Shown here piece after piece: positions 38,633-52,830 of a stretch of DNA of 64,000 bases; within the stretch, counting starts at the first letter, position 1; each line of letters opens with the position of its first letter. The DNA is from Octopus sinensis (taxonomy: Eukaryota): NCBI RefSeq assembly GCF_006345805.1, contig NC_042998.1, positions 105,648,001-105,712,000 of the forward strand, read 5' to 3'. The notes under the pieces were generated by a model that was not told the DNA's origin, searched no databases, and worked only from the letters and a program-made list of their open reading frames with translations. A program made the position numbers and the translations under genes.

Positions 38633-39737
38633 GAAGTTATTTATTGTAATTATTAAATTGTTAGTGTTATCAAAATTTGTTGGGACCAAACTAATTAAAA
38701 TTAATTAAAAACTTATCCTTCATTAGAATCAAAGATCCATACAATGAAAAGAGCTGGTAGCAGATATTTCTGGTTTTTAAAATATATTTCTCATTTAATT
38801 AGAGAAACCAGCAAACATTCCCTGGAGATTTTTCCAAAACACATTTTTATTCTGAAGAAAATAGAGAAATTCATTTATTTTTATTATTAGAACTTTGACA
38901 TATTTGGAGAGGTTTTTAAGTATTTATTCATCGCAAAGTTTAGAAGAATACAATTAGAATGTGATATTCTTAGATATAATAGAAAATATTGAAATTATCT
39001 CAGCTGGATTAAAGGAAACAATATTATCATTAATTTGTCTGTCCAGGGACAAGAATGCTTCTTGATTTAGCTCAGTGGTTTTATGAGTAAGAACAGGGTT
39101 TGATGGAGAGTTCAGTAGCTTTCAAATTACGCATGAGCTGTTTTACATTTTTGCATTGTCCAGAGATTTTATTGTTAAGGACAGTTCTAGCCAAACAGTT
39201 TATTAGGTTTAGAAAGGAGAAGAAGTCTTACTACAATGTCCAATATTTTATACTGACTTCATAAAATTTAATGTTTATACAAATGACTGATAATCCAGTA
39301 TGAACAGCATTCATCTGTGAATAGATTATTCATCTTAACATATCTTTCGGATCACCATTCTTCCAGTAATTAAGCAAATCTACATTTAATGTAGTTATTT
39401 CAAGCTAACTTCAGTTCTTATAGGCTTATCAAAGGTAGAACAAATTCTCAAGTTTTATGTTAGTAATTCAGTTACATGAGAATAAGGAATAATGTCTTAA
39501 AGTGTTTGGAAGAGTTTGAATGACAAATAAGTTTACCTGCAAGTCTTCTTAATCTTTTACATAGAATCAATTCATCCTTGTGATGTCATTTCATTGGCTA
39601 CTTATTGATAGTGGTATGCTAAATCATTCCTAAGAAAAAGTTTTATTTAAGAAGCTATAACTACATACTATATATCATATATACATACATGCTTACATAC
39701 ATACATACATACAAATATGAATAAGTATATATATATA

Positions 39738-39940
39738 ACTTATAAACAAGGGCAAAAGAAAAATTATTTCTATGCTAATATGCTGAGAACAGACTTTAAA
39801 TCGTCAATTTCCACATTACAATATACATTCACTATAAATACATACAGTGAATGTATATTGTAATGTGGAAATTGACGATTTAAAGTCTGTTCTCAGCATA
39901 TTGGCATAGAAATAATTTTCTATTGCCCTTGTTTATAAGT
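39738..39940. repeat. Inverted repeat, about 95-bp arms (39738-39833 / 39846-39940), 12-nt loop
   Basis: Only about 2 substitutions and 1 indel between arms. Confidence 0.93.
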
Positions 39941-40093
39941 TGTTTATAATTTTAACATTTAAAGGTATTTTAATATGCTGCCACTTTTGATGAAATTTTT
40001 TCTGAAAAAAATTTTTATCCTGTATTAGTAGTATATATATATATATATCTACGTATATATATATATTATATATATATATATATATATATCTAC

Positions 40094-40145
<52 letters not shown>

Positions 40146-40204
40146 TATATATATGCATACATACATACATACATACATACATACATAAATACATACATAT
40201 ATAT

Positions 40205-42720
40205 CATCATCGTTTATCATCGTTTAACATCCACTTTCCATGCTAGCATGGGTTGGACGATTTGACTGAGGACTGGCAAGCCAGATGGCTGCACCAGACT
40301 CCAATCTGATCTGGCAGAGTTTCTACAGCTGGATGCCCTTCCTAACACCAACAAGTCTGAGAGTGTAGTGGCTGCTTTTATGCACCACCAGCACGAGGGC
40401 CAGTTAGGCAGTACTAGCAACAGCCATGCTCAAGTGGTGTTTTTTACATGCCAGCTGCACAGGAGCTTGTTCAACAGTACTGGCAACAACCTCGCTTGAA
40501 TGCTTTTCAGGTGTCACTGGCACAAGTGCCAGTAAGGCGATGCTGGTAATGATCACGTTTGAACGGTGCTTTTTATGTGCCACCAGCATGGAAGCCAGTC
40601 AGATTCTCTGGCAGCGATCATGCTATGATGGTGCTCTTAGCACTCCACTAACAAGGGTTCCGGTCATCAAATTTGCGAATTTGGTTTGATTGCGATTTCA
40701 CTTGCCTCAACAGGTCTTCGCAAGCAGAGTTTAGTGTCCAATGAAGGAAAAGTATGCATAAGTGGGCTGGTTACATCCCTGGTATAGGCCACTGGTTATG
40801 GTCTCACTTAGCTTACCGGATCTTCTCACACACTGCATATTTCCAATAGTCTCGGTCACTAGTCATTGCCTCAATGAGGCCTAATTTTCGAAGGTTGTGC
40901 TTCACCACCTCATCCCAGGTCTTCCTGGATCTACCTCTTCCACAGGTTCCCTCAACTGCTTGGGTGTTTTCACACAGCTATCCTCATCCATTCTCGCCAC
41001 ATGACCATACCAGTGTAGTTGTCTCTCTTGCACACCACATCTGATGCTTCTTAGGTCCAACTTTTCTCTCAAAGTACTTACATTTTGTCGAGTATACACA
41101 CTGACATTACACATCCTGGCTTCATTTCTTGTGAGCTTACGCATGTCCTCAGCAGTCATGGCCCATGTTTCACTGCCATGTTGCATGGCTGTTCACACAC
41201 ATGTATCATACAGTCTACCTTTTACTCTGAGCAAGAGGCCCTTTGTCACCAGCAGAGGTAAAAGCTCTCTGAATTCTGACCAGGCTGTTCTTATTCTAGC
41301 AGCTACACTTTCAGCACACACTCCCCAGCTACTGACTTGGTCACCTAGGTAATGGAAGCTATCAACTACTTCTAGTTTTTCTCCCTGGAATGTGGTGAAA
41401 GTTGTTCTCTGCGCATTTTCAGTGTTTATTGCTCATGAGCATCTGCCACATACAAAAACTATCTTCCCAGTTAGTCTTCTTTTTATATTGCTGCACCTCT
41501 TATGTGTCCATAGCTTACACTGGGTACATCTTATAGAGTTTCTATCTATGCCTTTTCTACAGATTGAGCAGGGCCATCAACCTGAAGGGATTTGTGGTTT
41601 GTCTGCCTTCCTAATTATTAGGACTTTGGTTTTAGCTAGGTTGACTCTAAGGCCCTTCGATTCTAATCCTTGTTTCCACACCTGAAACTACTCTTTTAGT
41701 TCTGATAGTGACTCAGCTTTTAGAGCAACGTCATCAGCATAGAGAAGCTCCCAGGTGCATCCTGTCTTGAATTACTCTATTATTGCCTGGAGGACTATGA
41801 TGAATAAGAGGGGGCTGAGGACTGATCCTTGGTGGACCCTTACCTCTACACAGAATTCTTCACTGTACTCATTGCCATCCCTCACCTTACTGACAGCATC
41901 CCTGTACATGGCTTGCACAGCTCTCACTAACCATTCATCTATCTCTAGTTTCTTCATTGACCACCAGATAAGGGATTGGGGGGCCCTGTCAAAGGCTTCC
42001 TCCATGTCAACAAAAGCCATGTACAGAAGTTTATCTTTGGCTAGGTATTTCTCCTGCAGCTGTGTTACCAGAAATATAGTATTAGTGGTGCTTTTCCCTG
42101 GCACAAACCGAAACTGCATCTCATCTAAACTGACTCTCTCCCTAATTAGTTGGGCTATGACTCTCTCCTTCACCTTCATTACCTGATCCAACAACTTGAT
42201 ACCTCTGTAATTATTTGTATCTAAAACGTCACCTCTACCTTTGTAGCAGTTGACTATTATGCTGCTACACCAGTCATTGGGTATAACTCCTTCGTGTATC
42301 CCCTGGTTAACTATACAGGTGACTAGGCTATAGCTGACACTGCCAGATATTTTGAGCATCTCTGCACTGATTCCTGATGGGCCAGGGGCTTTCCCTGTCT
42401 TCATTCTCTTAATTGCGTTATCTACCAAGGTACTGTCAACTCGGATAGCTGGTCCCTCTGTTGGGTCAACATTCAGTAGACTCTCTTTCTCCCATTCCTT
42501 TTCTTTATTGAGCAACCTTTCATAGTGGCGCCTCCATATCTCACTCTTTGCAGCCTCATTTAGTGAAAGTGAACCATCATCCATGCAGACACATTTCTCT
42601 CCTACGACATTATGATTCTTTCTCACACACTGTCTTGCAACCTGAAATACCTCAAGTCTTTGGTCCTCATGATGCAGAACATTGGCAAATTTTTTCTTAT
42701 TTGCTTCCCCTCTGTCTCCT
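40205..42720 (-). mobile_element. 5'-truncated RTE-clade LINE (RT domain to 3' UTR and (ATG)n tail)
   Basis: [65 protein letters not shown] (about 41731-41742), HGSETW, LHWYGHVARM. Confidence 0.96.
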
Positions 42721-42805
42721 ACATACATACATATATATATATATATTATATATATATACATATACATATATATATATATATGTATATATGTATATATATA
42801 TATAT

Positions 42806-42837
<32 letters not shown>

Positions 42838-42900
42838 ATTATATATATATGTAGATATATATACATATACATATATATATATATGTATATGTATATATGT

Positions 42901-42974
<74 letters not shown>

Positions 42975-43010
42975 GGACACATATATATATGTGTGTGTGT
43001 GTGTGTATGT
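42721..43010. repeat. Long compound (TA)n/(TG)n tract at the LINE 5' truncation
   Basis: Directly visible; produces the spurious N-terminus of the 415-aa ORF. Confidence 0.97.
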
Positions 43011-43672
43011 GAAAGGCAAGAGAGTTGGTAAGTAAATGAAGCAATAAAGATGATAGTATTACATATCTTCCTTAAAATGTTATAATCATTTCAATAGTTA
43101 GGGGAAGCATTTCATCAATTTACACATTGGTTTATACATATAAAAATTATGTAAATCTATGCAATAATCAATGAGAGTACGTCTAATCATCACTTTGGAT
43201 CAAATTAAAATTGTAATATTGAAGTATATTTTGATTTATTTCTAATGAATACAGGGAGAGATGGTAGAGTTCACAATATTAGAGTAATGAAGTAAACAGC
43301 AAGTTCTTCACTCTATTATGGAGATGTATCAGTAGATGGATAATGAAGATATGAGACGTTTCAGTTTCTTTCTTTTGATCTTGTACAATCAGCCAGTATA
43401 CTGGCTCCAACAGGTCGAGTGGTTGTCAGAGTTATTGTTTACATATATATTGGTGGGGAGAATGGAATGCAAGAGATAAAATAAAGCAAAAATTTAGAAA
43501 CTTCAAAGAGGTGGCAGTTTACAGCTACAATCTCAGCTGTGCCAATAAAAGAAGAAATAGTAGTATTAAAAAGGGAAAATAATTAATATAGACATGAGAC
43601 TAAATGAATAAGAAAAAGAAATGACGATGGGTGGGGAGAATAGAAAAAAACTTGTGCACCATCTGAGTAATC

Positions 43673-43860
43673 ATCATCATCATCATTTAACATCCATTTT
43701 TCCATGCTGGCATGGGTTGGACGGTTTGACAGCAGATGACAAGCCAGAAGGCTGCACCAAGTTCTACTGTCTCTTTTGGCATGATTTTTACATATAGATG
43801 CCCTCCCTAATGCCAGTCATGTTACAGAGTGGACTGGATGCCTTTTACACAGCATCAGCA
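43673..43860 (-). mobile_element. RTE LINE 3' tail fragment
   Basis: (CAT)n ttaacatccatttttccatgctggcatgggttggacggtttgac. Confidence 0.85.
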
Positions 43861-44455
43861 TGTAATATTGGGTCATCAATAATTAAATTAAAATTAACAT
43901 TGCATAAAAATTAAATTAGATATATCATTTAAGAAATGAATGATTGGTTGGTTATATAATAAATAATTCAAGTGTGAGTTGAGAGAAGTATAAGGTTAAC
44001 ATTGATCTATATGAATCAAATAAGTTACCTAAGTGGAATTTTAAGTGGAAATTTTCAGTTTTATCAAACAAGTAGGAGCAAATGAGCAAGAATTTATTAT
44101 GCAAATTAATTAAATTAGATCTACATTTGAAAAATTCTAATCCTTCTATGAAACACAAATCACAGCTATCTAATATCCTCTATATGAAAGTGCACTACCT
44201 ATAATCAACAAAGAAACAGTAATTGATATATTTTTCCTTACAGTCCCAGGTGAATTTAGCTAGTGAGGTGTTGTATACTTTCCATTTATGCTTAAATGTG
44301 TGTATACAATTATGCATCTTAGTTTGAAATAGGATGATGTTACAATTCTGTAATAATGGACATTTTTAACAGAACATTTATATATATTAAACCGAATGTA
44401 TTATTGAATTTGTATATTGAATTGTCTTAGGAATAACACACACACACACACGCAT

Positions 44456-44495
<40 letters not shown>

Positions 44496-44701
44496 GCACA
44501 AACACACACACACATTTAGGGGTCATTTCTCTATAGCTGAAACTGCTGTAATCTATTTAATGCAATTATGTAACTTGATACAATAAAGTGTTTCCTGGGA
44601 ATCTGTTGTAGTTGAGTATCTATATGCATTCAGAACTTCTATTGCAGGACTCCAAACAACCACAATGGTGAAATGTGCATAAACTTGTGCTTATCCTTAC
44701 T

Positions 44702-44738
<37 letters not shown>

Positions 44739-45128
44739 CATCATTTGATTTCAGATGCACCAATAATACTCCTCTATGCACTGAAGCTTTTATAAACAAA
44801 TGAGGTTCTGTGCTTGGATGATTATCCCTCTGTTCATCAATGCAATTTGAACTCAGAGTGCAAGGATTCAAAATAGACACAACAAAGTATTTTGTATCAT
44901 AGTTTTGCCCTAGTTGTTCAATCTGGTACATTATTTATTGACACTGAATGAATGAAAAACAAAATTGACTTCAGCAAGATTTGAACATGGTTCACTGAGA
45001 AGTTGAAGAAATAACAAAAGGTGCCCTGTCTGATTATGAATCGATGTTGACATATTTACCTGAAAATCACAGAGCATGAACTATAGACTGCGAATCAAAT
45101 CACACACATATACATATGTGGGTGTATG

Positions 45129-45159
<31 letters not shown>

Positions 45160-46014
45160 ATGTATATGCATATATATATATATATAGATATGTATGTGTA
45201 TACACACACACACCTACATACACAGATAAAGAGCATTACAGCTGTTTCCAACGAACTTTTTTAATAGATTAATGAGTACATTTTTCTTTTGTTATGATGT
45301 AATGTACTCATTAATGTATTAAAAATTCAGTTGGAAACAGCTTTAATGAAAGGACACTTAACCATCATTTGTCATTCATTTGTTCATAATACACCTCACA
45401 GTCAGACATTCTTGAGTATATCAAATGCCCTATGACCATTTCAATGTACATTTTTGAATTAGATCTTAGGCTATTAAAATACTCATAAGGATTAAATTTT
45501 CTGTATATATAACCTGACTAATTCACTGGATGTACTTAGATCCCCATGATATTTATTCAACTAAAGGTGCTGTTTACAAGCTAATTCAGCCCAACTTGGT
45601 GTCTATCATTTCAATACCTGATTCATTCAAATCCTTACTCATCTGATAGTAGAAAGACCCCGTTTGTTTTGTTTTGTTTTATTTCTGTTGTAAGTATATA
45701 ATTATTTTCCTTTTGTTGTATAGCTGAAAGGTGCTTGTCCGTTGTATATGTATAGTTCTTTTTCATATGTTACGTTCATCCGATAGTCGAAAGACCCCTT
45801 CTTTTGTTTACTTATTTGTTTTTGCATATGTACATTTGTTTACTTTGTCCAGGGGCTTAATACATTTAGCTTAAGTCATTGGCCCAGCCAGTTTTGAGTA
45901 GTATTGGAGATAAGTGGGTGAAACTACGGGAACATTCTGGACTCTGACTGAAGAGGCAATTGGCTGTAAATCTTTTCTAATCTAGGCACAAGGCCTGAAA
46001 TTTTGGAGTGAGGA

Positions 46015-46152
46015 ACACCACTGGTACTTAATTTATCAACCCCAAAAGGATGAAAAGCAAAGTCAACCTCGGCAGAATTTGAACTCAGAGCGTAAAGACA
46101 GACGAAATACTGCTAAGCATTTTGCTCGGCATGCTAAGGTTTCTGCCAGCTC
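46015..46152 (-). mobile_element. tRNA-derived SINE (family C)
   Basis: aaagtcaacctcggcagaatttgaactcagagcgtaaagacagacgaaatactgctaagcattttgctcggcatgctaag. Confidence 0.85.
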
Positions 46153-46685
46153 TCTGTAAATGATCCATGCATCTTGTTTTGTCCTGTTTGCCGTTGTCAT
46201 GCTATTGTCCTTTTTTCCATGTTGTGTTTTGATGGTTTCTGCTTGTTGTGTTTTTTTCTGTTCTACCATTGATTTGTGTGTGTGTGTGTGTGTGCATGTG
46301 CATGCGTGTGTGTGTATGTATGTATGCATCGTCTTCTTTAGCTTTTTGTTGTAGGTCAACATTAGCTGTTCTTGTTCAGTAATCATCTCTGGCAGGCTCG
46401 CATGTGGACTATAAGACCAGCTATTGAAATCATACAGGTACATCATTACAATAAATATAAATACATTCACACACACATATATTTGCTTTAATGAATATGC
46501 ATGTATATCTATGCTTGTGATTTTCTATTTTAGTATAAGTGTATGTACTAACAGACACATATGTATACATCCATCTATATCTATCTGTATAAACATATAT
46601 GTGTGTATGTGTATATACATATATATACATATTTCAACTAACCTAAATTGTGATTATACGTAAACACTGCTTAGCGCATTTGCTC

Positions 46686-46735
<50 letters not shown>

Positions 46736-47149
46736 CATCATCATCATATATATATATGTATACATATACATATATATATAAATAGCTAGCTAGCTAGAGA
46801 GATATAGATATTGATGGATAAATAGACAAGCATGTGTGAATGTGTGTGTCTATGAGTGTTTGTGTATATGTGTGCATGTGTCCACGTGTGTGCCTGCATG
46901 TGTGTCTGTTAGTACATGCACATTCATATACATATATATGTATATGTATACGTACATAGATTTATATGCATGTGTATATATATATACATACATATTCATT
47001 CAAATGTACAAACACAGACAAGTATAGTTTTTTACATCCATAGTTTTTAACTAGCATGGGTTGGAGTGTTTTTGGGAAATATGAAAATTTGCATATTGTT
47101 GAAAGTTGAAGAATATTCACATACAGATGTGTGTGTGTGTGTGTGTGTG

Positions 47150-47213
<64 letters not shown>

Positions 47214-47954
47214 TTTGTTTGTCTTTATTGCACGTTATTATTACATCTCTTGAATTTCTGAATGCTTTTAACAAATAATAGGGTGGGAACCATCAAGGTC
47301 AAAATTCAGAAATATTTGCCATAAATTTTGATTTTACCAACTCTGCAAGAAAAATAAATCAATAAAAAAGAATATATATATTAGAAATGACAAAAATAAC
47401 CAAGAGAGAGGAAGAGTTGGAGAATAAGAGAGAGAGAAATAGAGAGAGAGAGATGGAGAGAGAGAGAGAAAGCAATATCGAATTTATGATTATATAAAAA
47501 TTATTATTTTGTTATGCCCCAACATTGACATAAACTGGTGCGTGAAGAAGGAGTAGGTGGAGAAGAGGAAATACATTGTCAATAAATTAAAAGCACATGA
47601 AAATAATAACAATAACAACTATTATGAAATTTTCTGCTAACCCATAAAAAAAATGGATGAATAAAAAGAAAAAAAACTAAATGAGGCATTGAATTATTAT
47701 CACGAGAAAAAGTTATTGCTGTTGCTTAGTTCCAGATCAGCTGTTATTGGATAGATATATGATAAAGAAACATTCCATCTGTGACTGTGCCATTTCTTCT
47801 TATGTGCAGGCAACCTAGGATTAATTATCCAATGTGTATATTTTTTTGAAGATGATAGGGTGAGGTCTGAGAGAGATTTAGCTGCTAGTTTTAGCACAAT
47901 AAGCAACTAGGTTCTATGATAAGGTTAAAAAAGGTTAAGTTACCTTTTAGAGTC

Positions 47955-48650
47955 ATGCTGACTCATAAGGGCTGGTTTCCTGGTTTCATGTCGTTTATAT
48001 TCCCCACCTGCATGGGACACCAATCCGTCGCAGTATTACTCACTTTTGCCAGCTGAATGGACTGGGCTAATGTGAAAGGAAGTGTTTTGCTCAAGAACAC
48101 AACTCATCGCCTAGTCCAGGAATCGAAACCACAATCTTATCACCTGCAGTTCAATGTGATGCTTCAGCATGGCCACAGTCAAATGACTAAAACAAGTAAA
48201 AGAATAAATGAATAAGCAAAAATTCATTCTTACACATGAATCCTTGCATTCTTTCATGCATGCCTCCTCCATCCCCACACAACTGTATGTTCACATGTGG
48301 GTCCACACACAAATGCAAGTGTCTCTACCACTCTGTCAGTTACGATGACGAGGGTTCCAGTTGATTCAATCACCAGAACAACCTGCTTGTGAAATTAATG
48401 TGCAAGTGGCTGAGCACTCCATAGACACACATACCCTTGATGTAGTTATTCAGGAGATTCAGCATGACACAGAATGTGAAAAGGCTAGCTCTTTGAAAAA
48501 CAGGCACTACTCATTTTTGCCAGCTAAACAGACAGGAACAATGTAAAATAAAGTGTCTTGCTGAAGGAGACAACCACCACCAGGAATTGAAATCATGACC
48601 TTACAGTTGTGAGCTGAATGCCCTAACAACTAGGCCACATGCCTTCACAG
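47955..48650. mobile_element. Cluster of SINE fragments (two family D-like copies on the minus strand plus a family B tail)
   Basis: ttgctcaagaacacaac..ggaatcgaaacc; cagcatggccacagtcaaatgact; ggaattgaaatcatgaccttac..ctaggccacatgcc. Confidence 0.7.
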
Positions 48651-48777
48651 TGCAAGTGTAATTGTATGCAAATACATGCTGTATGTCACTACATTCATCA
48701 TTTTATAAAAAGGAAGGCTATATTAGAAAATGTTGTTATGAATATTCTAAAAGACAGGCTGGCTATGACTGGAATAC

Positions 48778-48898
48778 CTTCGATATTTGCTTGATCAAGA
48801 CTATCCTGGGGTTAAACAACAACAACAACAACAACGGTAGCAGTGCTGTAAAACTGACAAGAGATTCTTCAGCTTACAATATAAAGTTCAGATGTGTT
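48778..48898 (-). CDS. Candidate micro-exon pair 48878-48898 (NTSELYI) and 48778-48805 (DSLDQANIE) with a 72-nt intron
   Basis: gattttcttttatgtttcctatag|21 nt|gtaagc and gtttaaccccag|28 nt|gtattc; compatible phase; no homology known. Confidence 0.22.
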
Positions 48899-49155
48899 CT
48901 ATAGGAAACATAAAAGAAAATCCAGCAGGACAGTATTAGTTTCCAGTTGTTGTCACCCTTTCAGAGCTGACAAGGCCTTAAATAAATTGTGTGCTTATAA
49001 ATACGTTGTCGTGCTTTTGAACTACGAAGTTGATTTAATTTTGTGTCAATATTTTATTGTTTACACTCACATTTACTTTGGTTGAAGGGACTTGTAATCA
49101 AAGACATTACAACCATAACCATCTCCTTTATATTCTGGGTTACATTATTCAATAT

Positions 49156-49193
<38 letters not shown>

Positions 49194-51063
49194 TCCATAA
49201 AAAGTGCTTTGGAAGTAATTTAGCTGATATTTCTAACTGGTCAAGCAACCACATGTTTGTCAGAAAAGGAGTTGCTGTGCCCATCACTTTTCCTGTTCAT
49301 TCCAGATCTGTAAAATTGATTTGAATAATTGAGCAGACAGGAAATTCTGGATGAAAAGTATTAACATATTTGGGCATGATGGACTGGGAAATGTGTTAAC
49401 TATTGGGATCAGAGAATGGCACTGAGTGTAATGAGAAGAGAAGAGGTGGGTTGGAAAAGTGAGCTTTGAAGATAAAAATGTGATGTGGCAAAGAAGTCTT
49501 GTCTGTGATAGATCATTATCTCATTTGCCAAGGACATTTGATTTGATCATCTGCAAAATACTTCAGAAACTAGAAATAAACATAGCCTTGATGTTGATCC
49601 AGAAATACAGATATAATAATAGTGTGTCCAAAAAGTCACTTTTAATGAAATTAAGATCAAAATAATTAACATAAAGAAATGTTATTACATTTTTAGTTTC
49701 TTGGTGATTTGGGGGATACCTTGTATAAGTTCCTAAATCACCATTTTAGGATGATAAAGATATTGATTTCAAATAGCCTTTGAAGGTTGAGGGCATCTCC
49801 TTCTAGAAAATACATTTTATTCAAAAGATTTTGTGAGAGAAAGCATGGTCACTTATGAATTAATATCATAAGTGAATGTTAACAATAATAATAAATGAAA
49901 GATCAAATAGTTTTTTTGCAACATCTCTGGAAAGACAGTAAGAAGGCTATAAGTTATTGACAGAAAGAGACTTGACTTCTAAGACTAGTACAAAGACTTT
50001 TTACCTACATTATCTTATTAACTGGTGCTAGTACACTCTAAAGAATCTCTATATGGTTACTTGAGTTGCTAGAAATAATAAACAAATGTCCCTCAAATTG
50101 TAGTCTTTAAAAAAAGGAAGGATATATTGGATAATGCAATATCTGAAAAAGAAGGTAAAGGGATCAATGCCTTTGATGCTCAGGATGCTCAATTGGAGTT
50201 GCTCTGAGATAAAACAATAACAACATGCCCGTTGATATAAGTTGTGTACATACTTATATACATACATAATCAGTACAGGATGCAGCACAAGGAATATAAT
50301 TAAGGTTTGAGTTAGAGGGATATAACAACAGTTTCACAAACTTCCCTACTCTTACTGAAAACTGTTATGATTTAAGTATAGAAAGTAGGCTATTGCCTAT
50401 TAGTTAATTATTGACTGTGAAAGCCAAAGATTTGAGATGACTAAAATGGTTCAGAACTGAATAAGATTCAATAAATCTAAATTCGATAAAACAATGGCAA
50501 ATTAAATGTCTATTTATCGGAGATGGTAGTTAAGTTTATAATTCTAAGGACAATTAATGTTAACTTTTAGGGTTTTTAATATTATTTTATATTTGCATTT
50601 TCAAAGATTAGTGGAGGATGAATAATTGGCAGAGCATTGGGAAAAAATTTCCTTGTAGTATACAGTTATGATTCTTTACATTCTGAATTTGAATTTTACC
50701 AAAGCCAAATTTGTTGCTTGTTCTCTTGGAGTCAATAAAATAAATTCCACAATGGAACTGGAGTTATTATATAATGACTATACTTCTCCTCACAATATTG
50801 TGGGAAGAGATATAACCAATTGTACCAAAGTTGGAAATCAATAATAACGCCTACACTACACTTTGATCAGTTTGATCTCTGTCTGTGATCAAGTCTTATT
50901 TCTGGATATTTATGCATTTTGAAACTAGATTTAAAATAAGAATCTTTATTGCTAAACTTTATTACTACACTAGTTTATTACTAAACCAAGGGTAATAATG
51001 TTTTATCCAGTAGGGCATAAAAGGATTTGTACTGAAAGAGGTTAATATGTCGAAAATTAATAC

Positions 51064-51134
51064 CTCTTCTCGGCATTCTGAGTCCAAATCTTGCCTAGAC
51101 ATTCTCTCAAGGTCAATAAAATACAAGTCCAAGA
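51064..51134 (-). CDS. Candidate exon (xLDLYFIDLERMSRQDLDSECREE), phase 1 to 0
   Basis: ctaactcacag|71 nt|gtaatt; protein-like composition; no homology known. Confidence 0.2.
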
Positions 51135-51464
51135 CTGTGAGTTAGCAGAATTGTTAGATTATCAAATGAGATGCCTTGCAGAATCTGTTCTTAGTTCCAA
51201 TTCTTTTTACTACCACCAACTTTCTTGTACTGGGAAACAGGTTCTTCAAGACATTTCAAATGCTGACAGGCTTCCAGTGTCAAACAGTAGGATACACTGA
51301 TTAAACAACATTCCAGTCACATCAGTATCAAAAATGAACGGTTGGATGGTGCCCTAAAGCAAGATAAACATTAGGACACAACTATATAGGTGACTAGACC
51401 ATATCCCCCATATTAATTATATAGGAATCCAGTCTAGTCACCCATATAGTTAATCAGATTGTCC

Positions 51465-52830
51465 ACAAAGGAGTCATACCCAAAAACTGGTGTAACAGCA
51501 TTGTAGTCAAGTGCTACAAAGGTTAAGGTATCATCTCAGACAGAAATAATTATAGAGGTATCAAATTGCCATACCAGGTGGTGAAAGGGTCATAGCTCAA
51601 TTAATTAGGAAGAGATCCTAGATAAGATACAGCTTAGTTTTGTGACAGGGAGAACCACTGCCGGTGCTGTCTTTCTGGTAAGACAATTTCAGGTAACAGA
51701 GAGGGTCCTTCATTTTCTCATCTGTCAATGTGGAAGCTAGGTTTAGATGGATGGTTGGTGAACATTGTACAAGTCATGTACAGGGATGCTGTCAGTAAGG
51801 TGGAAGTTAACAATGAGTATAGCAAAGAATTTACTGTACAGGTAGGAGTTGAACAAGTATTAGTTCTCAGCCCACAATCCTCCAGGCCATAACAGGAATT
51901 TAAAACTGGCTAACCTTGGGAGCTCCTCTATACTAATGACCTTGTTCTTATAGCTTAATCACTACCAGAACTAGAGAAGAAATTTCATGTGTGGAAACCA
52001 GGTCTGAAACCAAAGGGCCTTAGAGTTAATTTAGCAAAGACCAAAGTCCTAATAAATAGGAAAAGGGACAAATTACTAATCCCTTCTGGGAGAGATGGCC
52101 TGTTTAATGTGTAGTAAATGTGTACCCAGTGCAAGCTATGGATACATAAGAAGTATAGCAGTATCACAAGAATATTAACAGAGAAAGTAGTCTCTGTATG
52201 TGGTAGATGTACAGGTACAATTGACAATAAGAATATACAAGAAGTAGACTTTCTCAAATGTTTAGAGGATCCTTAGAAGTAGTAGATAGTTTTCATTACC
52301 TAAGCAACCAAGCTAGCAGTGGAGGAGGGTGTTCTGAAAGCATAGTTGCAAGAATAAGAACGGTTTGGGCAAAATTCAGAGAGCTACTACTTTTGTTGGT
52401 AATAAAGGGCCTTTCACTAAGAGTGAAATTAGCAATTTGAATGATGCCTGTGTACAGACAGCTATGCTATACAGCAGGGAAGCATGGACTGTGACTGTAG
52501 GAAATATGCAAAGGTTTGAAAGTGATGAAGCCAGCATGCTTCACTGGATGGGTAATGCTAGTGTGCATGCATGATAGAGTGTGGATGATTTAAGAGAAAA
52601 ATTGAGTACATGAGACATCAAATGTAGCGTTCAAAAGAGAAGAAGGCTGTGCTGGTTTGGTCATGTGATGCATATAGATGAGGACACCTGCATAAAGAAG
52701 TGCCAATCTCAAATTATGGAGGTAACTTGTGGAAGGCATAAATTCAGGAAGACATGATATTGAGACTCACAAAAGAGATGACAAGGGACCAAGATTTCTG
52801 GCAGTCTGCTGTGCTTGAGAAGACTAAGTA
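51465..52830 (+). mobile_element. Second RTE LINE body, heavily decayed
   Basis: WCNSIVVKCYKG..NYRGIKL, SFVTGRTTAGAVFLVRQ, WELLYTND, GGGCSESIVARIRTVWAKFRELL, CWFGHVM. Confidence 0.9.

Noticed and set aside
39100-39650. Possible very old PLE RT remnant on the minus strand
   Set aside because: Too decayed; no catalytic motif was readable.
42721-43019. N-terminal third of the 415-aa ORF
   Set aside because: It is a (TA)n/(CA)n tract fused in frame to the truncated RTE ORF; the real coding part starts at about 42720.
44244-44249. Plus-strand micro-exon candidates (also 60062-60066, 43391-43411 and about 46380-46437)
   Set aside because: Such signals are expected by chance in AT-rich DNA, and no coherent chain or homology was found.
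50061-50068. Minus-strand 8-nt micro-exon and ORF 50049-50288
   Set aside because: Overlaps a repeat also seen near 47870 and 63820.
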